Shown here: positions 27,261 to 40,190 of the stretch, piece after piece
Layout of the letters: the number at the start of each line of letters is the position of its first letter
Position numbering within the stretch: the stretch's first letter is position 1
From: the human T2T-CHM13v2.0 reference genome, Homo sapiens
Reading direction: 5' to 3' (one strand)
DNA length: 64,000 bases
NCBI RefSeq assembly: GCF_009914755.1
Contig: NC_060926.1
Made by a program: the position numbers and the translations under genes
Notes under the pieces: model-generated
Told to the model about the DNA's origin: nothing
Databases searched by the model: none
The model's input: the letters and a program-made list of their open reading frames with translations, nothing else

Positions 27261-28399
27261 CTCACAGTGCAGTTCAAATGGGTCCAATGCCCAGAATGTA
27301 GTAACTGATTACAAATATCAGTTTTTCTGGAGGATTCCCATGAAGGCTTGTTTTCACCCCTTCCCCTGACATTTGACAACTAGAGAATCTCTGTGGCATT
27401 TCTGCAGCCTCCAAACTCCCCACACTGGTTGCAGTCTGCCCTTCGTCTGTGCCATATTTGATAAACACACATACTTAGGCCATGTGCCTTCTGCCTTAAA
27501 GTAGAAACACTTCTACATTATTCACAAAAAGTATTATCTCGCAAGATCAGCCATAAAAAGTCCTTCACATCCATTCATACAAACAGGTTTTTGAACCCTT
27601 TCCAGAAATAGAAATGCAGAGGCAGCTCTGGAACTGCAGGGGCAGAGGTGTGTTATTGTGTGTAGGCCTTTAAATATTGCCTCCCAAAACCACTTTTCAT
27701 CTCGTTCTCGAAGGGATTAACTTCTGGCCAGTTCGGATTAACTGATGTCAGGTTAGAAAAGCAGCCAACACCAGGGTCGACGAGCCTGACAAGATTAGTC
27801 CCTAAATAAAGAATTTACTATCTGTTTTAAGACTGCATAACTGTAATTTTCTCTGAAAGCTTTCAGTACCTTGAGAAAGGAAGCAAGTTTCTGAAGCCAG
27901 GTGACCATATGGCTCACAGGCAGGCCTTAAAGTGAGAAGGGAAAGCTAGTGAGGTGGGTGGACCCTCCCCTCCCTGACTGCCTTGGAAGGGGGCCACAGT
28001 TGGGCACCACATCTGTGGAGGGACAAGGACATGGTGTGCCCCATCTATAGAGGAGCCTTTGCAAGATGGTGCAGAGTGAAAGCTTCCATCGGTAGGAGCA
28101 AGCCAACAAATGGTCCTGGAAATATTTAGTGGGATGGGCTGCCTCATGTTGAAACTATGCCTATCCCCTGTCCTTCCATCCTAACACTTACCCACACTCT
28201 CCATCTTCCCATCTTAACTCCTGCCTGGATGCCCAGTTTCAGAGACCTCCTTGTCCACATTGCAGTGGTCCCTTCTGACCCCTATTACGGGCTGCTCTGG
28301 GATGGTGGCCTTCCACTGACCTCAGTCAGAAGGCTCTCTTCAGGCCCCCTGGCTCCTTTCTCTATGTGTTCTGCTAACACATAGGGTTGGCAAAGCTGG

Positions 28400-28590
28400 G
28401 CATGAAGCCAGAGTGCAGTTCTTAGAGTCTGAAAGCCTGGACTGAGATCCCAGCCACATCTTGAGTTATAAGACCTGTCTAAGCCTCAGCCTCCTCATAT
28501 GTAAAATGAAAACAATAGTAGCACCAACGTCATAAAATTGTAAAAGACTTAAATGAGATACTGCTTGTGACACACTTAGTAAGTGTTCAA
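28400..28590 (+). mobile_element. MIR
   Basis: aagcctcagcctcctcatatgtaaaatgaaaacaatagtagcacc...ttaaatgagata. Confidence 0.75.
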
Positions 28591-28684
28591 TTGAGGAAAG
28601 AAAAGCAAGGCAATAATCATATACAAGTCACATAGCAGATGCTTAATAACTGCGTGCCGAACACATGTATAAATAAATGGTCCC

Positions 28685-29150
28685 TATTATGCATTGAGTT
28701 GTGACTTCTCTCCTGAAAGATAAGTTGAAGTCTTAACCCCCAGTACCTCAGAACGTGATCTTATTTGGAAATAGGGTCATTGCAGATGTTATTAGCTAAG
28801 ATGAGGTCATACTGGAGTACAGTGGGCCCCTAATCCAAACTGACTTATGTCCTTATAAAAAGAATGCCATGTGAAGAGACAGAGACACAGGAAGAATGCC
28901 ATGGGAAGACAGAGACCGAGATTGGAGTGAGGCAGCTGCAAGTTAAGGAAGGCCAAAAATTGCCAGCAAACACCAGAAGCGAGCGAGAGGGAGGGAAATA
29001 TCTTAACTAGAGCTTCCTTAGGGAGAGTGGCTCTGTGGATGCCTTAAGTTTGGATTTGTAGCTTCCAGAACTGTGTGACAACACACTTCTGTTGTTTCAA
29101 GCCACCCAGTTTGTGGCACTTTGTTACAGCAGCCCTAGGAAACTAATGAA
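28685..29150 (+). mobile_element. MLT1B/MLT1C solo LTR
   Basis: cccagtacctcagaacgtgatcttatttggaaatagggtcattgcagatg...aagccacccagtttgtggcactttgttacagcagccctaggaaactaat. Confidence 0.88.
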
Positions 29151-30689
29151 GTTCCCACCAACCTACACACAGCGCACGTCTTGCTGACGCCTGCTCCCAT
29201 TTTCCTGCATTCTCTTCCTCTCTGTCTTCTTTATCTCTGTGGGGCCCAGACCCAGTCTTGCATCCACCATCAAAGGCCTGTAGCAGGAGAAACAAGGCAT
29301 GGTTGGTTAATTTAGCTGAGTTGAGTGGGAACATATTCATTTTTCTGTCGTTGTCCCAGGTATGTGTCAGAGGCACAGGGCAGGCTTGTGGAAAAGAGGT
29401 TTTCATGAGGGCCGGCCTCTCTCCATCCTCCTGATTCCAATGAACAGGCACTTGACTCCAGAAGCTCTCTCCACATCTGTCACCTCTGTTCCGTCTCTGA
29501 CTTGCTCTTGCAGCCCTTCACCCAGTGAATCCAGAGTCAGCATTAAAGATGATGGGGCTCAAACACTGACGGTCCAATAAGCAAATATTTTATCATCTAA
29601 GCAGATGATAGCATTACTAAAAAACCATCTGCAAGCCCCTGACTTACTATACCCTCGGTTGGGGAGAATGTATTTCCTTTTCTCCTCTTCGCATGTATAT
29701 TTTCCTCCTGAACACAAACAACAATCCAGTTGCCCCATAATTAGATTGGATTATGGAATAATTACAACCTTGTTTGCTCTCGGCAGATTACATGGTAATT
29801 ATACTTGGCATTACCATGAAGAACCAAGAAATTCCAACGATGTCATTACATGGTTATTTGTACAGTACAATACAGCAGTGTAATTATATATGCAACATTT
29901 GTTCTCCAATAGAAGAATGATTAAAACAATGCTAATGCTTCAAAGTGTTGATTAGGCACCAACATGATATGACATTTATAATGTGAGTAGGGTGTCTGGT
30001 TTTTATAATTTTTTCTCTAACATAGCAATATTTATTTTCCTCTGGGTTCCCCTCTGACCGCGTCAGTAGGCTGTGCTGTGGTCAATAAGGTATGTGTGAC
30101 CACATACTCTACTCTCTGCCCTCATTGTGCACTCCTGCTCACAGCAGCCAGCGGACCTCAGTCCATCTTAAAAACCAGAGCTAGCTGGCCACTTACCCCT
30201 CAGCAGGAGAACTGCTTACTCATCTACCACTGCTTTATGAGGCTACCTTTCTTAAAATCTTTGGAGAGAGCTAGGGATAGAGTATTAGACACCAAAGTTC
30301 TGGTTGGAACCTGGCTTTAACACTGCACCACAGGGCAAATGTTTGCCCACACAGGACCCCAATTTCTTCATCTTTACAACCAGTGTCCTGGAGATAAGCT
30401 GTAAGGGCCCATGTAAGTCTAGGAAAGCATGACAATCCATGGCATGATAGCACTGGCTATTTAGTTTTCATATATTTCAGACAATACTTTTCAATAATGA
30501 TGCTGTTTTTATGGGAAAGGACTTCTTTTTCTTTAAATTCCCATAGAGTCCAACCGGTATTGGTTGAATACATAAAAGAATGGCTTTTCTCTCTAGTTTT
30601 AGATAATGAGAGTAGTTAACCTTATTAGTGGGTTAGATTTCAGCTATGATGTTCAGCATTGTCATTGTGGGGAGGGCGGTGATGTACGT

Positions 30690-30920
30690 GGTGTAAGGGA
30701 AAGAATGGGATTTGGGAGCCCAATCACCTAGATTTGAATCCCACCTTCAAGATCCTGACTACTTAGTTTTTTTAACCTCTTTGAGCCTGAGTTTCCTCAC
30801 TACTAATATGATATGAGGACAATAATGCAACTTTAGAGGGTTGGGAAGCTGAGAAGTAATGTGTACAAAGCTCCTGGCACCTTAACTTGTGTGAGTGGAT
30901 ATCACTCAATAAATGGTGGC
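30690..30920 (+). mobile_element. MIR
   Basis: atttgaatccc...ttaacctctttgagcctgagtttcctca...cactcaataaatgg. Confidence 0.78.
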
Positions 30921-32519
30921 TGTTTGTATAAGCATGAGGCATTAAAGGTGGTTTCTGGGTATGAACCGTGGAGCTCCTGTCACTGAGATATTTCTCCTGC
31001 ATGGGGATAAGCTGCCTGCATTATGTGCTTTCTGGGCAAGTCAGACTTAGGGTCCAGAGCCTGCTTGTTGTGCATCAGCAGCGTGCCTGGAGGAGCAAGC
31101 ATCTAGGCAGCACCGTGTGTGCAGGCTGCTTTCTACATGATCATTCATTCATTCTTCCTAACAACCTTCTGAGGATCCCAATGCATGTTCTCACCAGTGA
31201 CATGTGCAGCTGTGGAGTCCACAAACACCTGACTAGTGTTAAAAAAAATTCCTGAGTGTTCTCTCTTTTGTTTTCCCTTGGCCTGAATAAAGCTATGAGG
31301 GTCAGGAGACAGAAGCGAATGCGGCCTCTGCTCTTCTCCCTCTGCTTAGAAATGCATGGAAATCAGCGTGTGTGTGTCTGTGTACACTGCATACTCATGC
31401 AGAAAAAGATGCATTCTTCAGGCTGGTGCTAGGTGTCATTCTGTCTAGTGAGGTGGAGAAAAGAAAAGGAGGCAGGGGTGGATAGTGATGGGTAGGGTTG
31501 AAGGAGAGGACTCTGGGAAATGTAGCTTGTTCTGTGAGCAGTTTACCAGCCAAATGATATTTTTGCAACCTACTGATCTCTAAAAGCTATTTGGAAGACT
31601 GCCAACATCTCAGTCCATGTGTGCAGATGATTGCAAGATGCAAACATCACTCATCAAAAATCTGGAAAACCAGAGAAGTTGGGTCAGTTGGGAGTACAGA
31701 AGGCTGGATGAGGAGGTCAGCTTTAATCAAAGGCACTGGGTTTATGGGGAGCCCACAGGAGAGGAGGCATTCCTCAAGGGACCAAAACTTCAGAATTGTA
31801 AGCCTTATGGGCCTTGGGAAGACAAAGCTCCTACTTGACCCAAGATTTCCTGCTGCCTGGGACTAAAAATCATGGTGGGAAGAGAACAAGGACTTCTCCA
31901 GCCTACTGGTATTTTGAAAATTATTTTTTTTCTGGACAACATTGAAATAAATAATTAAATATATATTATTCATTTCATATAGATTACATATATATAGGGA
32001 GAAAACATTACATCTACATTCGTATATATGTACGACGTATATGTATATGCTACTCTCTCTTTGCTTCCTAGACACTGTGCTATGCGTTCTGTAGCAGGAA
32101 ATTAAAATGAGTCAACCCCGTTTCACATTCAGGTAGCATGAAGGATGAGAATAAAAGGCCTGAGTGGAAGGTGCAGATGTATAGATGGTTTCTAGGGAAA
32201 ACTGCTGACCGTAAACTCCGTGTAAAAATTCCCAGTTTCAGCATTTCACATGGGAACATTATGGTCTCTGCGGCTAGCCTGGGCTGGTGGATCTGCCAAT
32301 GGTAGAGTCCCACCAGGATGGAGACATGGAAGGAAAGTAGGAGAGGCAGCTACTGGAGCTTATGCACCACCTGGGGAGGGACGTGCAGAAGTGAGTGTCT
32401 GATGTCTTGTCAGCATTGAATGAGGACATCTCACCAAAATGCACACCTCCTAGTCTTGGCATCTCCTGGATGACTTTTGCATCTATCCTTTCAACCTCGT
32501 TTTATTCTCAGTTCTTCTA

Positions 32520-32790
32520 TTGGAGAGGCAGTGTCACTGTGGCCAGGTAGCAATATGGGCCCTGCCACCGGACAGACCAGAGTTCAAATCCTGGCTCTGT
32601 CCCCTTGACTGTGTGATCTTGTGTAAATTACTTAGACTCTCTGAGCCTCCGTATTCTCACCTGTAGAACCAGGCACAGCACACCTACCTGCTAGTGTTGT
32701 GGTTAGAACTGTGGGCAATAATTTATGTAAAGTACTTGCCACAGTTTCTGGAACACACCACAGGGCTTAAGAAATGGTAACCATTATCTT
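32520..32790 (+). mobile_element. MIR, near full length
   Basis: gttcaaatcctggctctgtcc...ctgtgtgatcttgtgtaaattactta...ctgagcctccgtattctcacctgtag. Confidence 0.82.
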
Positions 32791-33059
32791 CCATGAGGGT
32801 TACCAGTGGGGTTAAGCACAATTTAGAGGGACACAGGGAAAGGACCTAGAACAAAGGCACTTGGGACGTGGACACAAGATCAAGACCAGTGGCTGCTGGA
32901 CATCCTGCTGACAAGTAGAGACAGACCCTTATAAGGCCAGGTCCTGAGGTCACTTGCGAGCCATCCTTTAGAATCTAATGCCTTCGACAGTAGACAGAAG
33001 AATACTAGCCTTATTAATCCTCCCTACCTACAGATAAAATCTTACACCCTAAGAAAGTG

Positions 33060-33230
33060 GAAAGAGCACTGGAGTGGGAAGCTGGAGACCAGCTCTGCCT
33101 CTGTACCAGGCAACTGGTAAGTCTGGAGCAAGGCTTTTGGCTTTCCTGGCCTCAGTTTCTCCAATTGTAAAATGAGTGGTCTGAATTGGATAGTTTCTAA
33201 GGTTCCTTCCAGCTCCAAAATTTTATAATC
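33060..33230 (+). mobile_element. MIR/MIR3
   Basis: ggcctcagtttctccaattgtaaaatgag...tctaaggttccttccagctccaaaattttat. Confidence 0.75.
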
Positions 33231-33779
33231 CTGAGAAGGGTTTATTATTTCCCTTCCAGGAAACGTGATCACATTGTATATTTGAGATCAGTTTAGTTTT
33301 ACTGAGCCGAGCTTCATTCTCCACATACATATGCACACTCTAAATACACACATAAGCAGATGTATATACAGGCATTGAAAGAGGAAATTGTCCCTACACT
33401 TCAGTGCTTTCAACTGAGCCATCAAGTCATTCAGGTATTTATGATGGGGAGAAAAATACATGCACTGTTTTCCTCTCTCTGGAGGATCATGCCAGGAACT
33501 CCGCCTGGATGTATAACTCGTGTTGGGAGAAAGAAATGAGAGTTTGACATGCGAGTGGTGGCTGTACAAAAAATGCAATAACTTGTCTCCTCTCTGGCCC
33601 TGTATTTCGTGCACCAGCACGGCTGTCCTCTCAGTCTTTGATGGGCCCCACTAACAGACGTGCCCCTTTCTCTTCTTAAACCCTCCTGGTATTTGAATTA
33701 GTTTGGTTTCTGCCACGCCTGCATCCTGCAGCTATAGTACTATCTGTTCTCTTGGCCTATAGATTTCTTTCTCTGTCAC

Positions 33780-34830
33780 TCATGAAACCCATGCTTATGG
33801 GGCCGTTACTCTGGGTCAGGAAGTGTGCTCAGTGCTGAGAATGCAGCTGTGCAGAGGACAGGCTCCATGTTCTCCTCAAGACTCTAGCAGGGCTGTGTTA
33901 GATAGAGTAAAGCTGGCTACCCAAATACTCAGTGTTTTAATATAATACAAGTTTATTCTTGGCTTATGTCCTATCAATTCAGTGTAGGTATTTGACAGGC
34001 AGGCTTCAAAATAGGCATTCAGGGAGCCAAGCTTCTTCCACCTGGAGCCTTGCCACCCCCAGGGTTGCTCGTCCTTGCCTTCCATTGGTAGATGGGTACA
34101 GGATGAGCGTGGAGAAGGTTCGTTCACTTCCAAACTATTTTAGCTCTGAAATGGCACTCATCACATCACGTGCACTAACTGAGTCATGTTCCCCTCCAGA
34201 CTGAGGGCATGTCAGGAACAACATACACGATGGACAGGGAGCACTAGTCTTCTGTGGACAGACGCCAAATGAGCACTCCCTAAAAGGAGCTTGGGAGCTA
34301 TGAAAGGGGAGAATTGAGTGCTTGGGCAGGCCTAGCCGAGCCCAGGGACAGTGGAGGCTGCCCGAGGAAGCAAAGTGCAGTTCACCAGGCACGAAAAGAG
34401 GAAAGGCAGAGGTACTGGCTGAGGATCTTCAAAGCCTGTGGGGTAGGGGAAGGGAAGGATCTTCTAGAAGTGAAGCATGGATTAAGGCACTGTGTCAGAA
34501 GGGGAGGTGGACGGGAGAGATGGAGGGGAGGAGGTTGCAGATCATGAAGCTTCTAGTAGGCCACGATAAGAAATTCTGACTTTGTCCTAAATACAAAGGA
34601 AACTCCAGGAAATGTTTAAGCAGGGGATGTGAGATGACTGCTGCTTTTGAAAGCTCACCCCGGCTGCTGGTGAGGATGTGATCCTGAGGCAGACAGATTC
34701 ACCAAGGGCTACTGTGGCCATCTTGGGGAAGGACTATGGATGCAGCCCAAGGGGTTGTCAATGGGATGGAGAGTAGAGGGAGATTCGGGGGACATATAGG
34801 TGGTAGATTCCTAGAAATAAGTACCTGTTG
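33780..34830 (-). mobile_element. L2 remnant with an inserted old MLT1 (J/K-like) LTR at ~33895-34260
   Basis: L2: gtaggccacgataagaaattctgactttgtcctaa...tttaagcagggga; MLT1: tcagtgttttaatataatacaagtttattct, cattcagggagccaagcttcttccacct. Confidence 0.6.
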
Positions 34831-34944
34831 GAGTTCCCTGGTCTCGTCTTTCCTACTTGGGTTATCATAGTAGCCTCTTGACAGTCATCGTGTCAACACT
34901 TACCTCTGCCAGCACTTAGATGAAGTGGCCATTTCGCTCCCTCT

Positions 34945-35400
34945 ATGGGTCAGGCTCTATATGGCAGGTAACACAGGCCACTCTAGCCAGTTTTAGCAGA
35001 AAGCGATATATTTATGGGTAGAGGAAATGCATAGAACTACTGGGAGGACAGAAGAAATAGATTCTAGGCAGGGTGTTCGGGAGGAACTCCCAGTGCCCAC
35101 TGCAGAACTGGCCTGCCAAGCAGCTGCCTCCTCTGCAGCCACCAGGAAGTTGGCACCTTAGCTGTCCCCTCTCCAGGCACGCTGCCACCCTCTGCCAGCA
35201 AAACAGAGGGCCACGCCCCACCTCGTCCATCCTATAACTGCTCCAAATCAAAGCTTACTGCAGGGGCATCTGATCAGCAAAATTGAGTCACATTTGCCTT
35301 CTAATGGCAGTGGAAGCTGGAAAATGTGGTTCTGGGGAATCTCTGATGGGAAGGTAGGTTTCACATTCAGGGAACAATCCAAATGCAAAGGGAGTGTTCC
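34945..35400 (-). mobile_element. old MaLR LTR (MLT1M/N-like)
   Basis: ccactctagccagttttagcagaaag; gcatctgatcagc...gtcacat...gaagctggaaaatgtg. Confidence 0.45.
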
Positions 35401-36149
35401 AGAAGTTTTGGGCAACCACAGATGACAGATGTGTACAACACTCCCCTGCTCACCGTGTTGAGTGTCTGACACCCGCGTCTCATCATTGAAAGCTCGCAGC
35501 AGTGCCACTGGAGGCACTTTCTTCCCACTCACCAATGAAGAAACTGACTCCTAGAGGCAAATGAGCTTGTCCAAGGTCACATGGCAAGCAGTTGGCTGCG
35601 TTGAAATTTGAACCCAATTTTGTCCCCCAAGCCTGTCCTTTCCCCCTGTGTCTGTGGAGTTATCATACTTACCAATCGTTTCTCTCAGGAAAACTCTCCT
35701 CAATCTGACCCGATTCAACCCATCCAGGTTTATTTTCCCTCTTGCCGCCAGGACATGAGGGCAGAATGGCAGCCACCTACAAAGCAAGTACATTCTTGGC
35801 ATGCGTGGGCAGGACTGTGCCAAGCCATATGAGAACTCGGGCCGCCATTTGAGCCCAGCTAGGATCTTGTTAACACACACCATACACTGCTGCTCTGGGC
35901 AATAATGGAAGAAATACAGTCGTTAAATTTTAATTAGGAAGAAAAGAGGTTCATTATTAGTTGTCATTCCTCATTGTTTCCTAATTATGCTCATTGCGTG
36001 ATAAAATGAAAGGCTACATTTCACTTGCATTGTGCTCGCTCACGGCTGATGGAGAAGAAAGAATGTCCCGATTCTCGCTCCTCCGCCTGGAGCCTGAACT
36101 GTCCCTCGGTAAGCGCCAACTGAACAGCCCAAAGGTGACGAGGGAAGAT

Positions 36150-36355
36150 TCAGGAGTCAGATAGCCTGGGTTTAAGTTCAGCCCCCACCACTCACTAGGT
36201 CAGGTTATTTACCACATTAGATTTGTTTCTCCCTTGGGAAAACAAAGAGCAAAAAAACCTTCCTCCTGAGGTTCCATAAGGTTAACATTATATAAGATAA
36301 TATTCATAAAGTGCCTGGCACAGGAGATGCTCTAGTAAGTGCCAGCTACTTTTAT
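36150..36355 (+). mobile_element. MIR
   Basis: ggagtcagatagcctgggtttaagttcagcccccaccactcactag...taaagtgcctggcaca. Confidence 0.75.
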
Positions 36356-37836
36356 TATAGTGTTAAGGTCAATTATCAGCTAAAGGCTCAAATTCCAGGC
36401 TAAGAAGTCTAGACTGACTATATACGTTTAGGGACGTCCTGAAGGCTTTTTTAGCAGGGATTTGCCAGGATGGATGGGTGAGTGGTATTCAGGATCATCT
36501 GGTAGTTGATGCTGTAAAGAAGCAACTGAAAGTGTGAGAGGAAGAAAATGCATATTTGTTTCTAAATATAGTTTCACTTAATTGGGCTTCCCAAGAAAGA
36601 TGTGATTTTTGACTTGTTTCTCTTGTCCCAAGGATGGGTTTGCCCTAAGCCCATTGGTACCATGAAGCCCACTGTAACCCTTGGTAGGAAAAGACAGGCA
36701 GGCTTTAGGGCAGCCCATTGGAAGAGCACAGTGAATCGGTTTTGGGGACATTATGCAGCTTGGTGTCAGGTGCAGGTTGCATCTGCAATCCCCAGATTGG
36801 CTAAATACTTTTGAACTTCCTACTTGCCTCAAAGTTAATACCTCCATTTATGTTTAATTATTTGAGTTCACTGAGATTAAATTCACCTGGGGAATAGGGA
36901 ATTGGGAGTTTTGCTTCTAGCTGATGCCCCAATTTATGGGGAATATATGTGGAGTTAATTTGCTCCTGCAGAAAAAGAGAAAAGGAAGAAAAGCTTAAGG
37001 ATGATGTTTTTTTTCATTTGATACTGAGCCAAATATATTTATTTGGGTTAAAATATGTAATTCCCAGAACTGATCGAAAATTCACAAGGCTGAGCACGCC
37101 TCATGCGTGGCCTGCTGTGGAAACGCTATTGCTGAAGGAAAACTGTTATCTTGACTAATTCTCTTTCGAAAAGCATTTACTGTAATATGAGGCAAATGGC
37201 TGGTGAGAAAAGCAGCAGGCTTATTTTTGTTCCTTACAAGCTAAGTGGTACCCCTAGAGTAAAAATGTATGTCTCACATTTAGAGAAGGAGATAGTAGAA
37301 TTCAACCAGTGAAGGGATGGAGTGAAAGAGAAAGGCCAGGAAAGGTCTCCAAACAGGTTTTGGAATAAAACTTAGGGTTTTCAAAAGCCCCGCTGATCTG
37401 AATCTTGGGATGTTACCAAAAACCAGTTGCATGGCCAGAAGCTTACAGCAGTCAGCATCATGGTCGGAAGTTACAGGTCCAGGATTATTATGGTGTTAGA
37501 GTCCTGAGCTCCTGGGGCTGCAGCCAGTGATTTTAGGGCCATTATAAGCACATTCAGTGTCTGACTCCTAGGGGACAGTTGGTGGGTGGGGTGGCAGGGT
37601 GATGTCCCCATGAGGTGGCTGCTTGCTGGGGATGTCACTGCAGCTCCTAGCACTGGTCATTGGCTCTGTAGCTGCTGAATTATGTCCTGGTCTGTACATC
37701 CAGTGGGTGTTCATGCCTAAGGAGCTCACTCACCTTAGTCAAAGACCCCAGAGACAGGAACAGGGAACAGACACCTGAGCCTTCCTGGAAAGGGGATGAG
37801 CTGGCTGCAAAACTGGGGACCTGACTTCACTACTGC

Positions 37837-38007
37837 TTTTTTTTGTTTTTTCATTTTTTGACAGTGTCTCGCTCTGTCGACTAGGCTGGAGTGCAGTGGC
37901 AGCATGATCTCAGCTCACTGCAGACTTGTCCTCCCAGGCTCAGGTGATCCTCCCACATCAGCCTCCTGAGTTACTGGGACTACGGACGGGCACCACCATG
38001 CACGGCT
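37837..38007 (-). mobile_element. Alu right-arm monomer (FRAM or truncated AluJ)
   Basis: gacagtgtctcgctctgtcgactaggctggagtgcagtgg...caccaccatgcacggct; no left arm. Confidence 0.85.
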
Positions 38008-38229
38008 TACCACTGGTCTTTATACTATGCCCTGGATGCCTCTGGCTTCTGCAGACATGATATTGAGCTGAGGGACAAAGTTTTGGGGATCCTCATGCTT
38101 ACTTGATCCAGAACTGCTGTCCTTTTATCTGCTTTACATACTGGAATTTTACAGATTTTGTTAGCATTTTTGGAAATTATTCTCTTTGCCCAAATAAGTA
38201 AACATCTGCTATAAAGTTATTCTCCACTT

Positions 38230-39000
38230 TGAGATAATTATTTATTTCTGGTTATAAGGGTAATATATGTATGATGTGGAATATCTTTAAAACACTAAAA
38301 AAATGGGAAAAAAAAGAATCTGATTACTCAAAAACTACCACCATTAATGTTTTTAGGTATTTCTTTCTGGTCTTTTTTCATGCACATATTTTTTTAAAAA
38401 TGTTTTCCAGTTTATAATAAAGAGTGCAACTCAGGAATAGCCCAACGAAATACATATACAGGGCAAGGGAAGAGAGTGGGGGACAGTGGGGAAGGGCAGC
38501 ATTTTCCCTTTGGGGGCATGTCACACTCCCAGCCCATTACCGTGTCTGCCAACCTGGAAGCTCCCCTGCACATATTTTTATGTGTTTCACATAGTACTGC
38601 ATTCACCTTAACCAATGCTTTTCATGATTATTTTTACTTAAGATTATTTCAAAAGCATCGATAATATGGTAGTATCATAATTTCCTTGTTATTATTACTA
38701 GTCTTACTTTTTATTTATTACACATAAAGCTCTCCCCAATTTTGAATTCTTTTCAAAGGATCAAGTCTCAGCTGCAGCATGATAGGTTTAAAACACCTGG
38801 GTATTTTAAAGGTTAGAACACAACACAGAATTATCTTGCAAAAGGGTCATGCTGACTTGCTTTTTCATCAACCATACATGAAACTGCCTAATGTATCATA
38901 CCTTCGCTAGCACTGGGTATTTTTCTTTTAAAAAATAGCATCGTGTTTCTTTGATTATGCGTAATTGGAGTATTTTTCATATTTGTTATCGGGTTGTATT
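38230..39000 (-). mobile_element. old L1ME-type fragments with a MER21C-like piece at ~38415-38566
   Basis: aactaccaccattaatgtttttaggtatttctttctggtcttt; caactcaggaatagcc...cagggcaaggg...ccaacctggaagctc. Confidence 0.5.
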
Positions 39001-39369
39001 TTTAGGGGGTTCCTTCAAAAAAATAAATCTGAAACTTTGCTTTTCTACTTAGAAAGTCCCTGTGGTCCTCAGTGCCTACGTCCAGGGCGTAGTCCTGTGG
39101 TGCACAGATGGGGGTGACCATACTCATTTGACGACAGAAATATCTTCTGCTCACAGTTTTTCATGTCATATCTGTGTGACCCTGGACGAGACCCTTGATC
39201 TCTCTTAGTCTTAATTTCCTTACCTGCAAAAATGGAAATTATGACACCAACCTCCTAGAGTCAAAGATTAAATAAGATGTCCTTTGTAAGAAATCCAGCA
39301 GAGCATCTGTTATAGAATAGAGCTCTAGAATGAGTAAGTGTCATTTCTATCATGATGAAGTATACAACT

Positions 39370-39650
39370 TTCATGAGAATAACAGCCAACATTTAACAAC
39401 CACTTTCTACTAGCCAGGAACTCTGCTAAGCCCTGTACACATGTAAAATCATATAGCCTAACAATACCACATGTGAGAGATGATATTATTATGTTTATTT
39501 AATAGGGAAATGGAGATAAAGAGTTAATAAACTTGCCCAAATTTATGATATTATATTTATTTAATAGGGAAATAGAGACAAAGAGAGATTAATAAACTTG
39601 CCCAAATTTATACCACTAGTAAAAGGAAAAAACCAGGAAATGAACCCATT
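39370..39650 (-). mobile_element. MIR with internal ~65-bp tandem duplication
   Basis: aataacagccaacatttaa...; ttaataaacttgcccaaattta occurs twice. Confidence 0.8.
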
Positions 39651-39699
39651 TTTAGAGGACTTTTAATATGGGGTTCCATCTTCTCTCAGGCCTTTTCAT

Positions 39700-40190
39700 A
39701 CCTGAGCTCTGGAATCTTGGCCACTTGGAACTACATGGCCTTTCCCAACCACATCGTGCCCTTTCACCTCTTGTGCCTTTGCACATGCTCTTCCCCTCTG
39801 TGAATCTGCATCTCTGTTCTTCACCTTGAAAGCCCTTTTCACCCTTTAATGTTCGACTTAAATGTCCCCTACGCTGAGGACAAAATCAGCCTCTCCTTAC
39901 TTTGAATTCCATTAATATTTGTACTTTTATCCCCTAAAGCACTTAGCCCCTGTGTGTGCACGTTGTGCATGTATATGCACATGTATATATGCATGTGTAC
40001 GTGTGTGTGTGTGCACACAAGTGTGTGTGTCTTGTCATTTTTCTTGCAATATATGCTCATAATATATATCCCCTTTTCTAGACCCTGGGCTTCTAGTAGA
40101 CTTCAATTTTATTTTTCTATTATTTCTAATTCCTAGTCTGATGCTTAATGCCTAGAAGGTGTCCAATCACTATCTGTTGCATGAATGAAC
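39700..40190 (+). mobile_element. L2 3' region with degenerate (TG)n tract at ~39950-40030
   Basis: gcctttgcacatgctcttccc; tatctgttgcatgaatgaa tail. Confidence 0.65.
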
